Origin: Sumerlaeia bacterium
Lineage (GTDB): Bacteria > Sumerlaeota > Sumerlaeia > SLMS01 > JAHLLQ01
Reading direction: 5' to 3'
DNA: 64,000 bases
Assembly: GCA_040219255.1 (NCBI GenBank)
Contig: JAVJSW010000039.1
Coordinates: 32,001-96,000 of the forward strand
The stretch's first letter is position 1. Each line of letters opens with the position of its first letter. The notes below the pieces were generated by a model. It saw only the letters and a program-made list of their open reading frames with translations. It ran no database searches and had not been told where the DNA came from. This document shows, piece by piece, positions 1 to 8,651 of this stretch. The position numbers and the translations under genes are program-made.

Positions 1-2
1 GG

Positions 3-161
3 TTGATTACCAATTTCCACCTGCCGCGTTCGACGCTGCTCTGCCTGGTGTCGGCGTTGATCGGGCGGGAACGGTTGCTGGCGCTGTACGAGGAGGCGAT
101 CCGCGAACGGTATCGGTTCTATTCGTACGGGGACGCGATGGCGATTCTGCCGGACCGTTGA
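3..161 (+). CDS. queA: S-adenosylmethionine:tRNA ribosyltransferase-isomerase, C-terminal fragment (truncated by window start)
   Basis: Frame 3 translates as [21 protein letters not shown]...[16 protein letters not shown], the diagnostic QueA C-terminus (TNFHLP..STL; YRFxSYGDAM). Not in the ORF track. Confidence 0.93.
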   Translation: MITNFHLPRSTLLCLVSALIGRERLLALYEEAIRERYRFYSYGDAMAILPDR

Positions 162-326
162 TGTTCTTAACGCAGAGCAGCAGAGGGGCAAAGGAGCAAA
201 GGGTGCGGCGTGGGGGTTCAACGGGTTCTTTGGGGGGAGGCTGGGGCGTTGCCCGCGCCATGGGGCAGAGGACGCTGAGGCTTCAGGGGAGACTTGCGGT
301 TCATGGGCGGGCGGTTCCTTCCGGGT

Positions 327-435
327 CACGCGTGATGGTGGAAGGGTTACACAGGCCGGTCGGTTTGTCCCCTCATGTGGAGCTTCGAAGACAAGATAGA
401 CAAGATACACTTGTGGAACTAAAGGGACTAAAGGC
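327..435. repeat. Dispersed intergenic element, copy 1 (copy 2 at ~21701-21800)
   Basis: CACGCGTGA...TCGGTTTGTCCCCTCATGTGG...GACAAGAtAGACAAgATACACTT is shared with 21701-21800. Confidence 0.8.
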
Positions 436-756
436 GCTTAGGGGCGGGTAAGTCGAGGGAGGTGAGGGGGTTGGGGGCGACGGAGGGCGGGCGGGGGAAG
501 GGAATTCACCGCAGAGGCGCAGGGGACGCGGAGGATGGGGGCAGAGGAGTTTGGAACCGCTGATGGACGCGGAGAGGGACGCGGATTGGGGGTGGGGATG
601 GCTTCCTTAACATTGAGGCGCAAAGGGGTGATGAGGGGTGGCTGGCGGCCTTTTCCGCCTGAAGGCGTAACTACGAGCGGCGCCACCCGGGGTTGACTCG
701 CCGCTCTCCGGGGGATGACAGTGCCGCCATCACCGCCCGGAAAGGCCCCCTCTCCG

Positions 757-1749
757 ATGTCCGATTTTCCCGCTGAGCCGCTGCTGCTCGATCCCGCGTT
801 TTCGCCCCGTCCTTGGGGCGGAACCAAGCTGAAGGAGAAGTTTGGCAAGACGCCGCCCGCTGGCCTGGGGCCGATCGGGGAGAGTTGGGAGTTGTCGGAT
901 CATCCGAACGGGCGGTCGCGGGTGCTGGGGGGGGCGTTCGCGGGGCGCGAGTTTGGTGAGGTGCTGCGGGCGTTTCCCCGGGAAATGATCGGCCGCGAGG
1001 CGGCGCCGGAGCGCTATCCGTTGCTGGTGAAGCTGATCGATGCGGCGGAGGATCTGTCGATCCAGGTGCATCCACAGGACGCCACCGCCCCCGCGGGCGA
1101 GCGCGGCAAGACGGAGTGTTGGTATGTGATGGATTGCGAGCCGGGGACGGAAGTCGTTTTCGGGCTGGAGATGGAGGTGGCGCCGGAGGACGTGCTGCGG
1201 GGGGCGGAGGATGGTTCGCTGGCGGAGCATGTGCGGCGTTTCCGAATTCAACCGGGCTCGTTCCTCTTTGTCCGCGCGGGCACGGTGCATGGCATTCTGG
1301 GCGGCACGGTGATTTGCGAGGTTCAGCAGTCGAGCGACACGACGTATCGCCTGTGGGATTGGAACCGCGAGCCGAAGCGGGAGCTGCATGTGGAGGAGGC
1401 GCTGAAGGTGGTGGACTGGAACGCGTGCGGTTCGCTGCCGACGAGGGCTCCGGAGCTGGGAACGGCGGCGGGCGAGGGGATCGTGATGGCCGATTGCGAG
1501 TTTTTCCGCGTGCGGGTACTCGACGTGCCGGCGGGGGGCGAGGCCGAATTGCCCGCCGATGTGGTGGACAGCGGATTGATTCTGTTTGGGTTGCAGGGCG
1601 CCACGGAGCTGCGCTGGGCCGAGGGCCGGGCGGAGTTATTGCGCGGCGCGACGGCGTTCGTGCCGGCGGTCTGCGGGCGGGGCGTGCGCCTGGGCAATGG
1701 GCAGGGCGAGGCGGTGCGGGTGCTGTTGGCGGAAAGCCGTGAGCTTTAA
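757..1749 (+). CDS. Mannose-6-phosphate isomerase, class I (cupin)
   Basis: Motifs RPWGG, GESWELSDHP, YPLLVKLIDA..DLSIQVHP, GKTECWY, AGTVH and EVQQSSDTTYRLWDWNR. ATG at 757 preferred over 715. Confidence 0.92.
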   Translation: MSDFPAEPLLLDPAFSPRPWGGTKLKEKFGKTPPAGLGPIGESWELSDHPNGRSRVLGGAFAGREFGEVLRAFPREMIGREAAPERYPLLVKLIDAAEDLSIQVHPQDATAPAGERGKTECWYVMDCEPGTEVVFGLEMEVAPEDVLRGAEDGSLAEHVRRFRIQPGSFLFVRAGTVHGILGGTVICEVQQSSDTTYRLWDWNREPKRELHVEEALKVVDWNACGSLPTRAPELGTAAGEGIVMADCEFFRVRVLDVPAGGEAELPADVVDSGLILFGLQGATELRWAEGRAELLRGATAFVPAVCGRGVRLGNGQGEAVRVLLAESREL

Positions 1750-1830
1750 GTCCGACTCGGCCATTGCGGACTTGCACCCGGGCGCGCGAGCATTGATTCA
1801 TAACAGGACTTTCGCCCCGAGTACCCTCCG

Positions 1831-3690
1831 ATGCCCGACGTTCAAGCGCTTAAAACCGCCGGACCCTACGAACTTGCCGAATGCCTCGGTTTCAATGGCG
1901 TCGTGGCGACCTACAAAGGCACCCACAGAGACGTGGGCCAGCCCGCCTGCGTCGTGGTCATGGCGGAGGACAGTCTGTCCTACAAGGATCTGTGGGGCCG
2001 ATTCGAGCACGAGTTCTCGGCTTTTCTTTCGGGCCGGGCGACGCGCCTTTGCCGCCCGACGCATCACGGCCACGACAAGGGTCTCTATTGGGCGACTTAC
2101 GAGTGGATGAAGGGTCATCACTTGGGGCTCGACGTGCGGGACTACGGCTTGCCGTCGCCGGGGCGGGCCTTCGAGGTGGGTTCCCAGGTGCTCGAAGCCC
2201 TGGGCGTGATGCACGAGAAGGGCATCCCCCATCGCTACCTGACGCCGGTGTCGATTTTCCTGAACGATCTTGGCCAGGTAAAGTTGCTGCACGCGGCGTG
2301 GGGCGGCCTTCTGCTTGGGGTTCACGACGGTCCGGCGAATCCGGCCTTTATCAGTTCGCTGCCGTTCCTCTCGCCCGAGGTGGCCTTTGGCGGGGATGGC
2401 GAGTTGAGTTCGGACATCTATTCTCTGGGGGCGATTCTCTATTTTCTGCTGACGGGGGCGCCGGTTCATTGGTCCAGCGACCCGAACGATCTGCTGCAAA
2501 TCATGCAAACGACGCCGGTGGATCTGGGTCCCCTGAATGACGTGCTGCCGCCCGATGGAGTCTTGTTGCTGGAGGACTTGCTGCAGCCCGATCCGGCGGA
2601 CCGGCCGCTGAACCTGGAGGCGCTGTCGGAGCGCATGACTTTCCTGGCCAATCTGCTCTTCGAGCGGGAAACGCACAGCCGCGCCGACGTCGCCATCGGC
2701 CAGGAAGAAATCGGCAAGTCGAGCCGAGGGTTCGCGGACCTCGGCGACCCGGGCTTTCCCGACTTTGGCGATGATGAGCCGACGGTGATCCAGAGTCAGC
2801 AGCAGGAGCCGCCCTCGCCAGCGCGAGCGCCCAAGGCCGCGACGGCCCCACCGGTGCCTCCCGCCGCCCCGGTACCAACCGCGCCCCCGCAGCAACCGGC
2901 CCCGGCCTGGAACGGTCCGCCCCCGACGCCCGCCGCACAGCCGACGCCGGCGGCGGCTCCCGCTCCCCAAGGGCCGGTTCCACAGCAAGCGCCAGCCGCG
3001 CCGCCAGCCCCTCCGCGCCCACAGGCCGCCACCGCGTCGCCGAACGCCAGGGGGGGCAAACCGGCCAAGGCGAAAGGCAAGTTCGACAAGGGCCGCCTGG
3101 CGATCCTGATCGGTGGCGCCGTCTTTGTGTTGCTGCTTTTGCTTGGCGGACTGGTGGGCCTGATGGCGCTCTTCAGCGGCGGCGCCTCCGAGGAAACGGA
3201 TACGGCGGGCACATCTTCAGGCACCGCCTCGGGGCAGACGGCTGGGGGACGAACGGCTGGCGGGCAGGCGGCGGCCGGGGACAATCCGCTTCTGGACCCG
3301 ACGGTGGACAAAGCGGAGCTGGAGCATCTGCGCCGTTATGTGGAGTCGGTGGAGCTGATGGAGCGGCTGAGCGAGTACAGCTTCCAGTATGCCCAGAAGT
3401 ACGGGGTGTGGGCTGCCACTCCGGACGAGTTGAAGGATTTGGGGGCGGAAAAGGTGGAGGACGGCTGGGGCACGCGGCTCGACTTGCGCGACGATTTCGT
3501 CGTTTCCGCCGGCCCGGACCGGCGATGGGACACGAAGGACGATCTGTGGTTCGATGGCACGGCGCTGATGGTCGATGGCTGGCGCCCGCCTCAACTCCCG
3601 AGCGTGGTTCCGGAAGTGGCCGAACTGGAAGCACGCCTCGATCGGCAGCTCGAGCGCCTGCGCGAGAAGCGCCGGGCCCTCAACAACTGA
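1831..3690 (+). CDS. Membrane-anchored Ser/Thr kinase-like protein (probable pseudokinase) with Pro-rich linker, TM helix and C-terminal GspG/pseudopilin-like domain
   Basis: Hanks-type fold is clear (FLSPE, SDIYSLGAILYFLLTG), but VAIK->ACVV, HRD->HRY and DFG->HAA. TM helix LAILIGGAVFVLLLLLGGLVGLMALF. C-terminus has DGWG...SAGPDRRWDTKDDL. Confidence 0.8.
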   Translation: MPDVQALKTAGPYELAECLGFNGVVATYKGTHRDVGQPACVVVMAEDSLSYKDLWGRFEHEFSAFLSGRATRLCRPTHHGHDKGLYWATYEWMKGHHLGLDVRDYGLPSPGRAFEVGSQVLEALGVMHEKGIPHRYLTPVSIFLNDLGQVKLLHAAWGGLLLGVHDGPANPAFISSLPFLSPEVAFGGDGELSSDIYSLGAILYFLLTGAPVHWSSDPNDLLQIMQTTPVDLGPLNDVLPPDGVLLLEDLLQPDPADRPLNLEALSERMTFLANLLFERETHSRADVAIGQEEIGKSSRGFADLGDPGFPDFGDDEPTVIQSQQQEPPSPARAPKAATAPPVPPAAPVPTAPPQQPAPAWNGPPPTPAAQPTPAAAPAPQGPVPQQAPAAPPAPPRPQAATASPNARGGKPAKAKGKFDKGRLAILIGGAVFVLLLLLGGLVGLMALFSGGASEETDTAGTSSGTASGQTAGGRTAGGQAAAGDNPLLDPTVDKAELEHLRRYVESVELMERLSEYSFQYAQKYGVWAATPDELKDLGAEKVEDGWGTRLDLRDDFVVSAGPDRRWDTKDDLWFDGTALMVDGWRPPQLPSVVPEVAELEARLDRQLERLREKRRALNN

Positions 3691-3699
3691 CCGCCTCCG

Positions 3700-4731
3700 T
3701 TACGTCTTGACCGACGGTTGGCCCGCGCCGCGGTTCATGCGGTCCCGTATCGCCAGGGCGATGACTTCGCCGTGGAGCCGCGAGTTCTCGATGAAGACGT
3801 GGCCGCTGATGTTGCCCGCCAGAATGGTCCCCGCGATGTAGAGGCCCGGCACGTTGCTCTCCAGCGTTTCCGGGTCGTGTTCGGGCACATGGGTTATGGG
3901 ATCGAGTTTGATCCCGAGGCTTTGCAGAAAGGCCGCGGGGGGATTGTAGCCGGTCTCGCAGATCACGAAATCGTTGGGCACAACGAGGCTGTCGCCGGTG
4001 GCGTTCTCGCGCAGCGTCACCGCGTCCCAGGCGATTTTCTCCACCACCGTATCCATGTAGGCGCGGATCTCGCCCTTCTTGACGCGATTGTCGATGTCGG
4101 GCTTGAGCCAGTATTTCACGCCGGGGGCGCTGAATTCCGGCCGGCGGTACGATATCGACACTTCCACCCCGGCGCGCCACAGGGCGAGGCAGTTCTCGAT
4201 CGCCGAGTTCCGGCCTCCGACCACCAGCACCTTCGACCCGACGTAGTCGTGAGGTTCCTTGAAGTGGTACACCACCTTGCTCAGGTGCTCGCCGGGGACG
4301 CCGAGGTAACGCGGGTTGTCATAGGCGCCGACCGCCACCGTGACGGTACGGGAGGAAAAGACCGCCTCCTCGCCGGAGCGCTTCCTGGCATGAACGGTGA
4401 AGGTGCCATCCTCGTGGCGCTCAAGGCTTGTGGCTTCCGTGTAGGTGCGCACGTCGAGGCCGCGATCCTTGGCGAAGCGAGCCAGATAGAAACAGTACTC
4501 CTGGCGGGTGGGACGTTCGTTCACGGTGTTGAGGGGGTAGCTGTTGATCTCGACGTTTTCGCGGGTCGAGTGGAAGCTCATGAAGGTGGGGTACTGGGCG
4601 ATGTGGGAGGCGATGGGGCCTTTCTCGAGGACGAGAACGCGCAGGCCGACGGATTGGAGGTGATCAGCGACGGAAAGGCCGGCCGGGCCGGCGCCGAGGA
4701 TGATGCCATCGTAGAGGGAGGAAAGGGTCAT
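3700..4731 (-). CDS. YpdA-family FAD-dependent disulfide reductase (putative bacillithiol disulfide reductase)
   Basis: GAGPAGL FAD motif, YPTFMSFHST, VGAYDNPRYLGVPGE, VVGGRNSAIE, VKYWLKPDIDNR and FIENSRLHG. Start taken at ATG 4731. Confidence 0.88.
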   Translation of the reverse strand: MTLSSLYDGIILGAGPAGLSVADHLQSVGLRVLVLEKGPIASHIAQYPTFMSFHSTRENVEINSYPLNTVNERPTRQEYCFYLARFAKDRGLDVRTYTEATSLERHEDGTFTVHARKRSGEEAVFSSRTVTVAVGAYDNPRYLGVPGEHLSKVVYHFKEPHDYVGSKVLVVGGRNSAIENCLALWRAGVEVSISYRRPEFSAPGVKYWLKPDIDNRVKKGEIRAYMDTVVEKIAWDAVTLRENATGDSLVVPNDFVICETGYNPPAAFLQSLGIKLDPITHVPEHDPETLESNVPGLYIAGTILAGNISGHVFIENSRLHGEVIALAIRDRMNRGAGQPSVKT

Positions 4732-4945
4732 AATGTGGCGCCGGACACGGGAAAGTGGGCTCGCCGCGGGCCGGGAAGGGAAAGTTGCTGGGATTGTGCC
4801 GCGAAACCCGCATGGCGGCGGCAAATTTGGTGGGAGCAAACTCCTTGCCGCGCCGCTCTTCTTTGACATAGTGGGAGGCGATGTCTGGCGCAACGCGGAA
4901 TACGCCGCCGCGCCGATCCACCCCACCTATGGACGAGCACGCGTG

Positions 4946-6586
4946 ATGATGAGGATTGATCGACTCCACGAGCGGCCCCGGAGCAGGGCCGCCGGCTTGC
5001 TTCTGTTGGCCGGCGCTTTGGCCCTCACCTGGCCCGCCCCGGCCCAGCAAGTCGTCGGCGAAGCCACGAACGACCCGGAGGCGGACACCGTCCGCGCCCT
5101 CTCCGGAACTTGGAACGCCTCTGGCAGCAAAAGCCGCGCTTCCGGCCTGAGCCCCTTTGGCGAAGCCCTGGCTCTTGACGGAACGGAGGGCTCCTACCAA
5201 TGGACCCTGCCCCTTTCCGCCGCTGGAGACTACGCCCTCCAGATGACCTGGCCCATCGAGGCGAACGCCGCGAACCTCACCGTAGCGGTGGCTGGCGGGG
5301 GCGTCGACGAAACCCTCGACACCACGCTCGCTCCTTCGGCCGCCGATGTGTGGCAGCCCCTGGGATCGTTCTCCTTCAGCGAGGGCGGGGACATCGTGGT
5401 GACACTGTCCACAACGGCCGCCACGGGACCGGCCGACGAGTCGCTGCCCATGATGGTCATGGCCGATTCCGTCCGCCTAGTGCCGGGCTCCGGCGCCCCC
5501 GCGGCGGCCTCGCCCTTCGAGGGATCGGGAGCCAGCGAGAGTCCCTTCGCCGGTTCCGCCCCAACCAACGATAGCCCCTTTGAAGTGACGGGCGGGCCGG
5601 CGGAAAGCCCGTTCCAAGCGAACGCCCCGGCTTCGGGCGGCGCCTCGCCCTTCGAAAGCGTAGATCGGTCGCCGCCGGCGAACCCGTCGCCCTTCGAGAG
5701 CGGCCAGCCCGCGGCGGCTTCCCCCTTCGATTCGGCCGGCTCGCCGGGCCGCCCCGGTTCGATCTTCGAAGAGCCGGAAACTTTCGCCGAGCCCGCGGGT
5801 GCGAATGAGTCGCCCTTCACGGCGAGCCCCTTCGATTCAGCGCCCCCGGCCTCTGGTTCTCCCTTCGGCGGGAGCGAGGAAGAGCAATTCGACATCGATC
5901 CCTTCGCGGCGGCGGGCACGCCGGAAACCGATCCGTTCGCCGACCGCAGCAGCAATCCGTTCGCGGAAGAGGGGAGCGGGAATTTCTTCGAAGCCAACGA
6001 AAGCCCGGCCATCGATCCGTTCGCCGAGGAACGCGCCGCCGTGGCGGACATATCGGCAATGGGCGAAGAGGAGGTCGACGCGCCCTCCGAGCCGCCCCAC
6101 GGTTTCACCCCGACGGTGCAGGCCTCGCGGCTGCTCGACGGCGGCGCCGCGTCGAATTTCCTGGGCCGCGACAACGCCCCCGCCCGAGCGGTGAACCTCT
6201 ACGAAGACAGCATGGCCGACAGCGGCGTCAGCGTGGCCCCGCCAGCCCCGAAGTCCAACATCTTCTTCTATTCCGACCTGGAAGACGTGAAGAAGCAGGC
6301 CCGCGAGCAGGATCGCCCGGTGCTGCTGCTGTTCTCGACGACCGGTCCCCGGATGGAGAAATTCGAGACTGGCGTGCTGACCGACGAGGAAGTGAGCAAG
6401 ACGATCCGTCAATTTATGCCGGCAAAGCTCGACATTCGTGTGGAAAGCGAAATCGCCCGCCAATACAATGTGCCTCGTGCGCCGTATATCGTGATTCTCT
6501 CGCATCAGGGATTCACGCTGGGACACGTGGCACGTTTGGATCACCCGGCTCTGTTGACCCGGGATCTGAAGGAATTCTTGAACTGA
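4946..6586 (+). CDS. Secreted protein: golvesin/CBM-like beta-sandwich, acidic SPF/DPF repeat linker, C-terminal thioredoxin-like fold lacking CxxC
   Basis: Signal peptide (AAGLLLLAGALALTWPAPA-QQ); domain with YQWTLPL..G.Y....TWP...WQPLGSFSF...ADSVRLVP; 14 (S/D/N)PF motifs; C-terminal ...KQAREQDRPVLLLFST...ARQYNVPRAPYIVIL. Confidence 0.7.
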   Translation: MMRIDRLHERPRSRAAGLLLLAGALALTWPAPAQQVVGEATNDPEADTVRALSGTWNASGSKSRASGLSPFGEALALDGTEGSYQWTLPLSAAGDYALQMTWPIEANAANLTVAVAGGGVDETLDTTLAPSAADVWQPLGSFSFSEGGDIVVTLSTTAATGPADESLPMMVMADSVRLVPGSGAPAAASPFEGSGASESPFAGSAPTNDSPFEVTGGPAESPFQANAPASGGASPFESVDRSPPANPSPFESGQPAAASPFDSAGSPGRPGSIFEEPETFAEPAGANESPFTASPFDSAPPASGSPFGGSEEEQFDIDPFAAAGTPETDPFADRSSNPFAEEGSGNFFEANESPAIDPFAEERAAVADISAMGEEEVDAPSEPPHGFTPTVQASRLLDGGAASNFLGRDNAPARAVNLYEDSMADSGVSVAPPAPKSNIFFYSDLEDVKKQAREQDRPVLLLFSTTGPRMEKFETGVLTDEEVSKTIRQFMPAKLDIRVESEIARQYNVPRAPYIVILSHQGFTLGHVARLDHPALLTRDLKEFLN

Positions 6587-6658
6587 CCGGCCCCCATTCG
6601 AACCGGCAGGCTCTCCGCGGCCGGCGCGGAGCCTTCCCACCATCAGGAGACAGTAACC

Positions 6659-7405
6659 ATGTCTGGCCATAGTAAATGGCACTCCATTAAGCACAAGAAG
6701 GCCGCCATCGACGCGAAGCGCGGCAAGGTCTTCACGAAAGTCATCAAGGAGCTGCAGATCGCCTCGCGTCTGGGCGGCAGCGACCCCGACAGCAACCCCC
6801 GTCTGCGCACCGCCATCCAGGCCGCCAAAGACGTCAACATGCCCAAGGACACGATGGAGCGGGCCATCAAGAAGGGCGCCGGTGAACTGGAAGGCAACGC
6901 CTTCGAGGAAATCACCTACGAAGGCTACGCCCCCGGCGCCGTCGCCGTGATGGTCATGGTGACCACCGACAACCGCAATCGCGCGGCGGCGGAAGTCCGC
7001 CACATCTTCAACAAGTACGGCGGCAGCATGGGCCAGAGCGGCTCGGTGGCCTATATGTTCGAACGCAAAGGCATCATCGAGGCCGAAGACGACAGCGACG
7101 ACGCTGTGATGGAAGCGGCTATCGAAGCCGGGGCCGAGGATGTGCGCAGCGATGACGGCTATCACGAAATCGTGACCGAGCCGGACACGGTGCAGGAATG
7201 CCGTGAAGCCCTCGAATCGGCCGGTGTCAAAGTCACTTCCTCCAGCGTCCAGATGGTGGCCTCCACCAAGGTCGAGGTCGGCCCCGGGGAAGCCCTGAAG
7301 CTGGCCAAATTCCTGGGCATCCTGGAAGACAACGACGACGTCGACGACGTGTACACGAACCACACGTATTCGGAAGAAGCGCAGGCGGTGCTGGAGGAGT
7401 CGTAA
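6659..7405 (+). CDS. yebC: YebC/PmpR family protein
   Basis: MSGHSKWHSIKHKK, NPRLR, YEGYAPG, TDNRNR, GSVAYMFERKG and EDNDDVDDVYTN. AGGAG RBS upstream. Confidence 0.96.
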   Translation: MSGHSKWHSIKHKKAAIDAKRGKVFTKVIKELQIASRLGGSDPDSNPRLRTAIQAAKDVNMPKDTMERAIKKGAGELEGNAFEEITYEGYAPGAVAVMVMVTTDNRNRAAAEVRHIFNKYGGSMGQSGSVAYMFERKGIIEAEDDSDDAVMEAAIEAGAEDVRSDDGYHEIVTEPDTVQECREALESAGVKVTSSSVQMVASTKVEVGPGEALKLAKFLGILEDNDDVDDVYTNHTYSEEAQAVLEES

Positions 7406-7445
7406 CTCCTGCCGCCTCAAAGTTCAGCCGTAAGCGAAAAACAGG

Positions 7446-7476
7446 AAGCCGCCCGACTCGTCCCGGGCGGCTTTTT
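7446..7476 (+). terminator. Intrinsic terminator, possibly bidirectional, between convergent yebC and VWA gene
   Basis: AAGCCGCCCG-8 nt loop-CGGGCGGCTT followed by a T run; A-rich on the 5' side. Confidence 0.8.
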
Positions 7477-7505
7477 GTCTTTGGAGGGCGGCACACCGTG
7501 CGATC

Positions 7506-8600
7506 CTAGACCCGCTTCTTCTTGTTCCGTCCATAGTCGGCGAAGATGAACGACCCAAGGCTGTCGAGGCTGGCATAATAGGCCCGGCCTTTGTTCGCGC
7601 GGGTCATTTTGTCCACGAAGTCTTGCAGGTACGGGTCCGTGGTGATCATGAAGGTCGTGATGCTGATGCCTTTGCGGCGGAGTTGAATGGCTTCGTTGAT
7701 CGTCTGGTTCACGATCTTGGGATCGAGGCCGAAGGGGTTCTTGTAGATCTCCCCCGCCTCCGTGATGGCGCTCGGTTTGCCGTCGGTGATCATGAAGACT
7801 TGGCGATTGGCGGCTTTGCGGCGCATAAGTAGCCGCTGGGCCAGTTGCAGACCGGCCTTGGTGTTCGTGTGATAGGGCCCGACCTTGATCTGGTTCAGGT
7901 CGCCGAGGGGCACTTCCTCCGCGTCGTCGCCGAAAAGAATCACGTCGATGGTGTCTTTTGGGTACTTCTGCTGGATGTACTCGACGAGCGACATGGCGAC
8001 CTTTTTGGCGGGCGTGATGCGGTCTTCGCCGTAGAGGATCATCGAGTGACTGACGTCGATGGCGATGCAGGTGGCCGTGCTGGTCAGGTGCTCGGTCTGA
8101 TAGGCTTCCAGGTCTTCCTCGGCCATGGAGAAGCCATCGAAGCCCGTGCGGCGGAGTGCGTTGCCGATGCTGGCGGTGAAGTCGATATCGTTCACCGCGT
8201 CGCCGAATTCAAAGGGCCGGGTCTCGGGCTGGCGCTCGCCGCCGGTGCCAGTGAAGTTTGTCGCGTGGCCGCCCATGTCGCCTTTGGCCAGGTTATGGAA
8301 GATTTCCTCGAAGGCCTGTTTCTGGATGCGGATGTCCGTGCGTTTGGTCGATTCCATCTGCCCGGTCATGGGGTTTTCGGCCAGTAACTCTTGTTCTTCC
8401 AGGTAATCGCGGAATTCCTCGAAGGACATGCCGGTGGCCCGCTCTAGATCGTTGTAGTCCCAGAGGCGTTCCATGTGGTCGAGGGCGCGTTGGACATCGC
8501 CGGAGGTTTTGTTGAGCAGTTCGAGGAAGAGCTTGGTCAGTTTCTGCAGGTTGATTTCCCGCAGTGTGTCCTGGCTGAAGTGTTCGTAGATGAAGTCCAT
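7506..8600 (-). CDS. VWA (von Willebrand A) domain protein
   Basis: MIDAS DVSHSM, HTNTKAGL, MITDGKPS; RPFEFGD...D motif ahead of the VWA domain. Confidence 0.9.
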   Translation of the reverse strand: MDFIYEHFSQDTLREINLQKLTKLFLELLNKTSGDVQRALDHMERLWDYNDLERATGMSFEEFRDYLEEQELLAENPMTGQMESTKRTDIRIQKQAFEEIFHNLAKGDMGGHATNFTGTGGERQPETRPFEFGDAVNDIDFTASIGNALRRTGFDGFSMAEEDLEAYQTEHLTSTATCIAIDVSHSMILYGEDRITPAKKVAMSLVEYIQQKYPKDTIDVILFGDDAEEVPLGDLNQIKVGPYHTNTKAGLQLAQRLLMRRKAANRQVFMITDGKPSAITEAGEIYKNPFGLDPKIVNQTINEAIQLRRKGISITTFMITTDPYLQDFVDKMTRANKGRAYYASLDSLGSFIFADYGRNKKKRV

Positions 8601-8651
8601 GGGGGGGCGGGGAGGGTCCTCTCGCGGGGGCGGTCCCGATGGGCCACCCGG

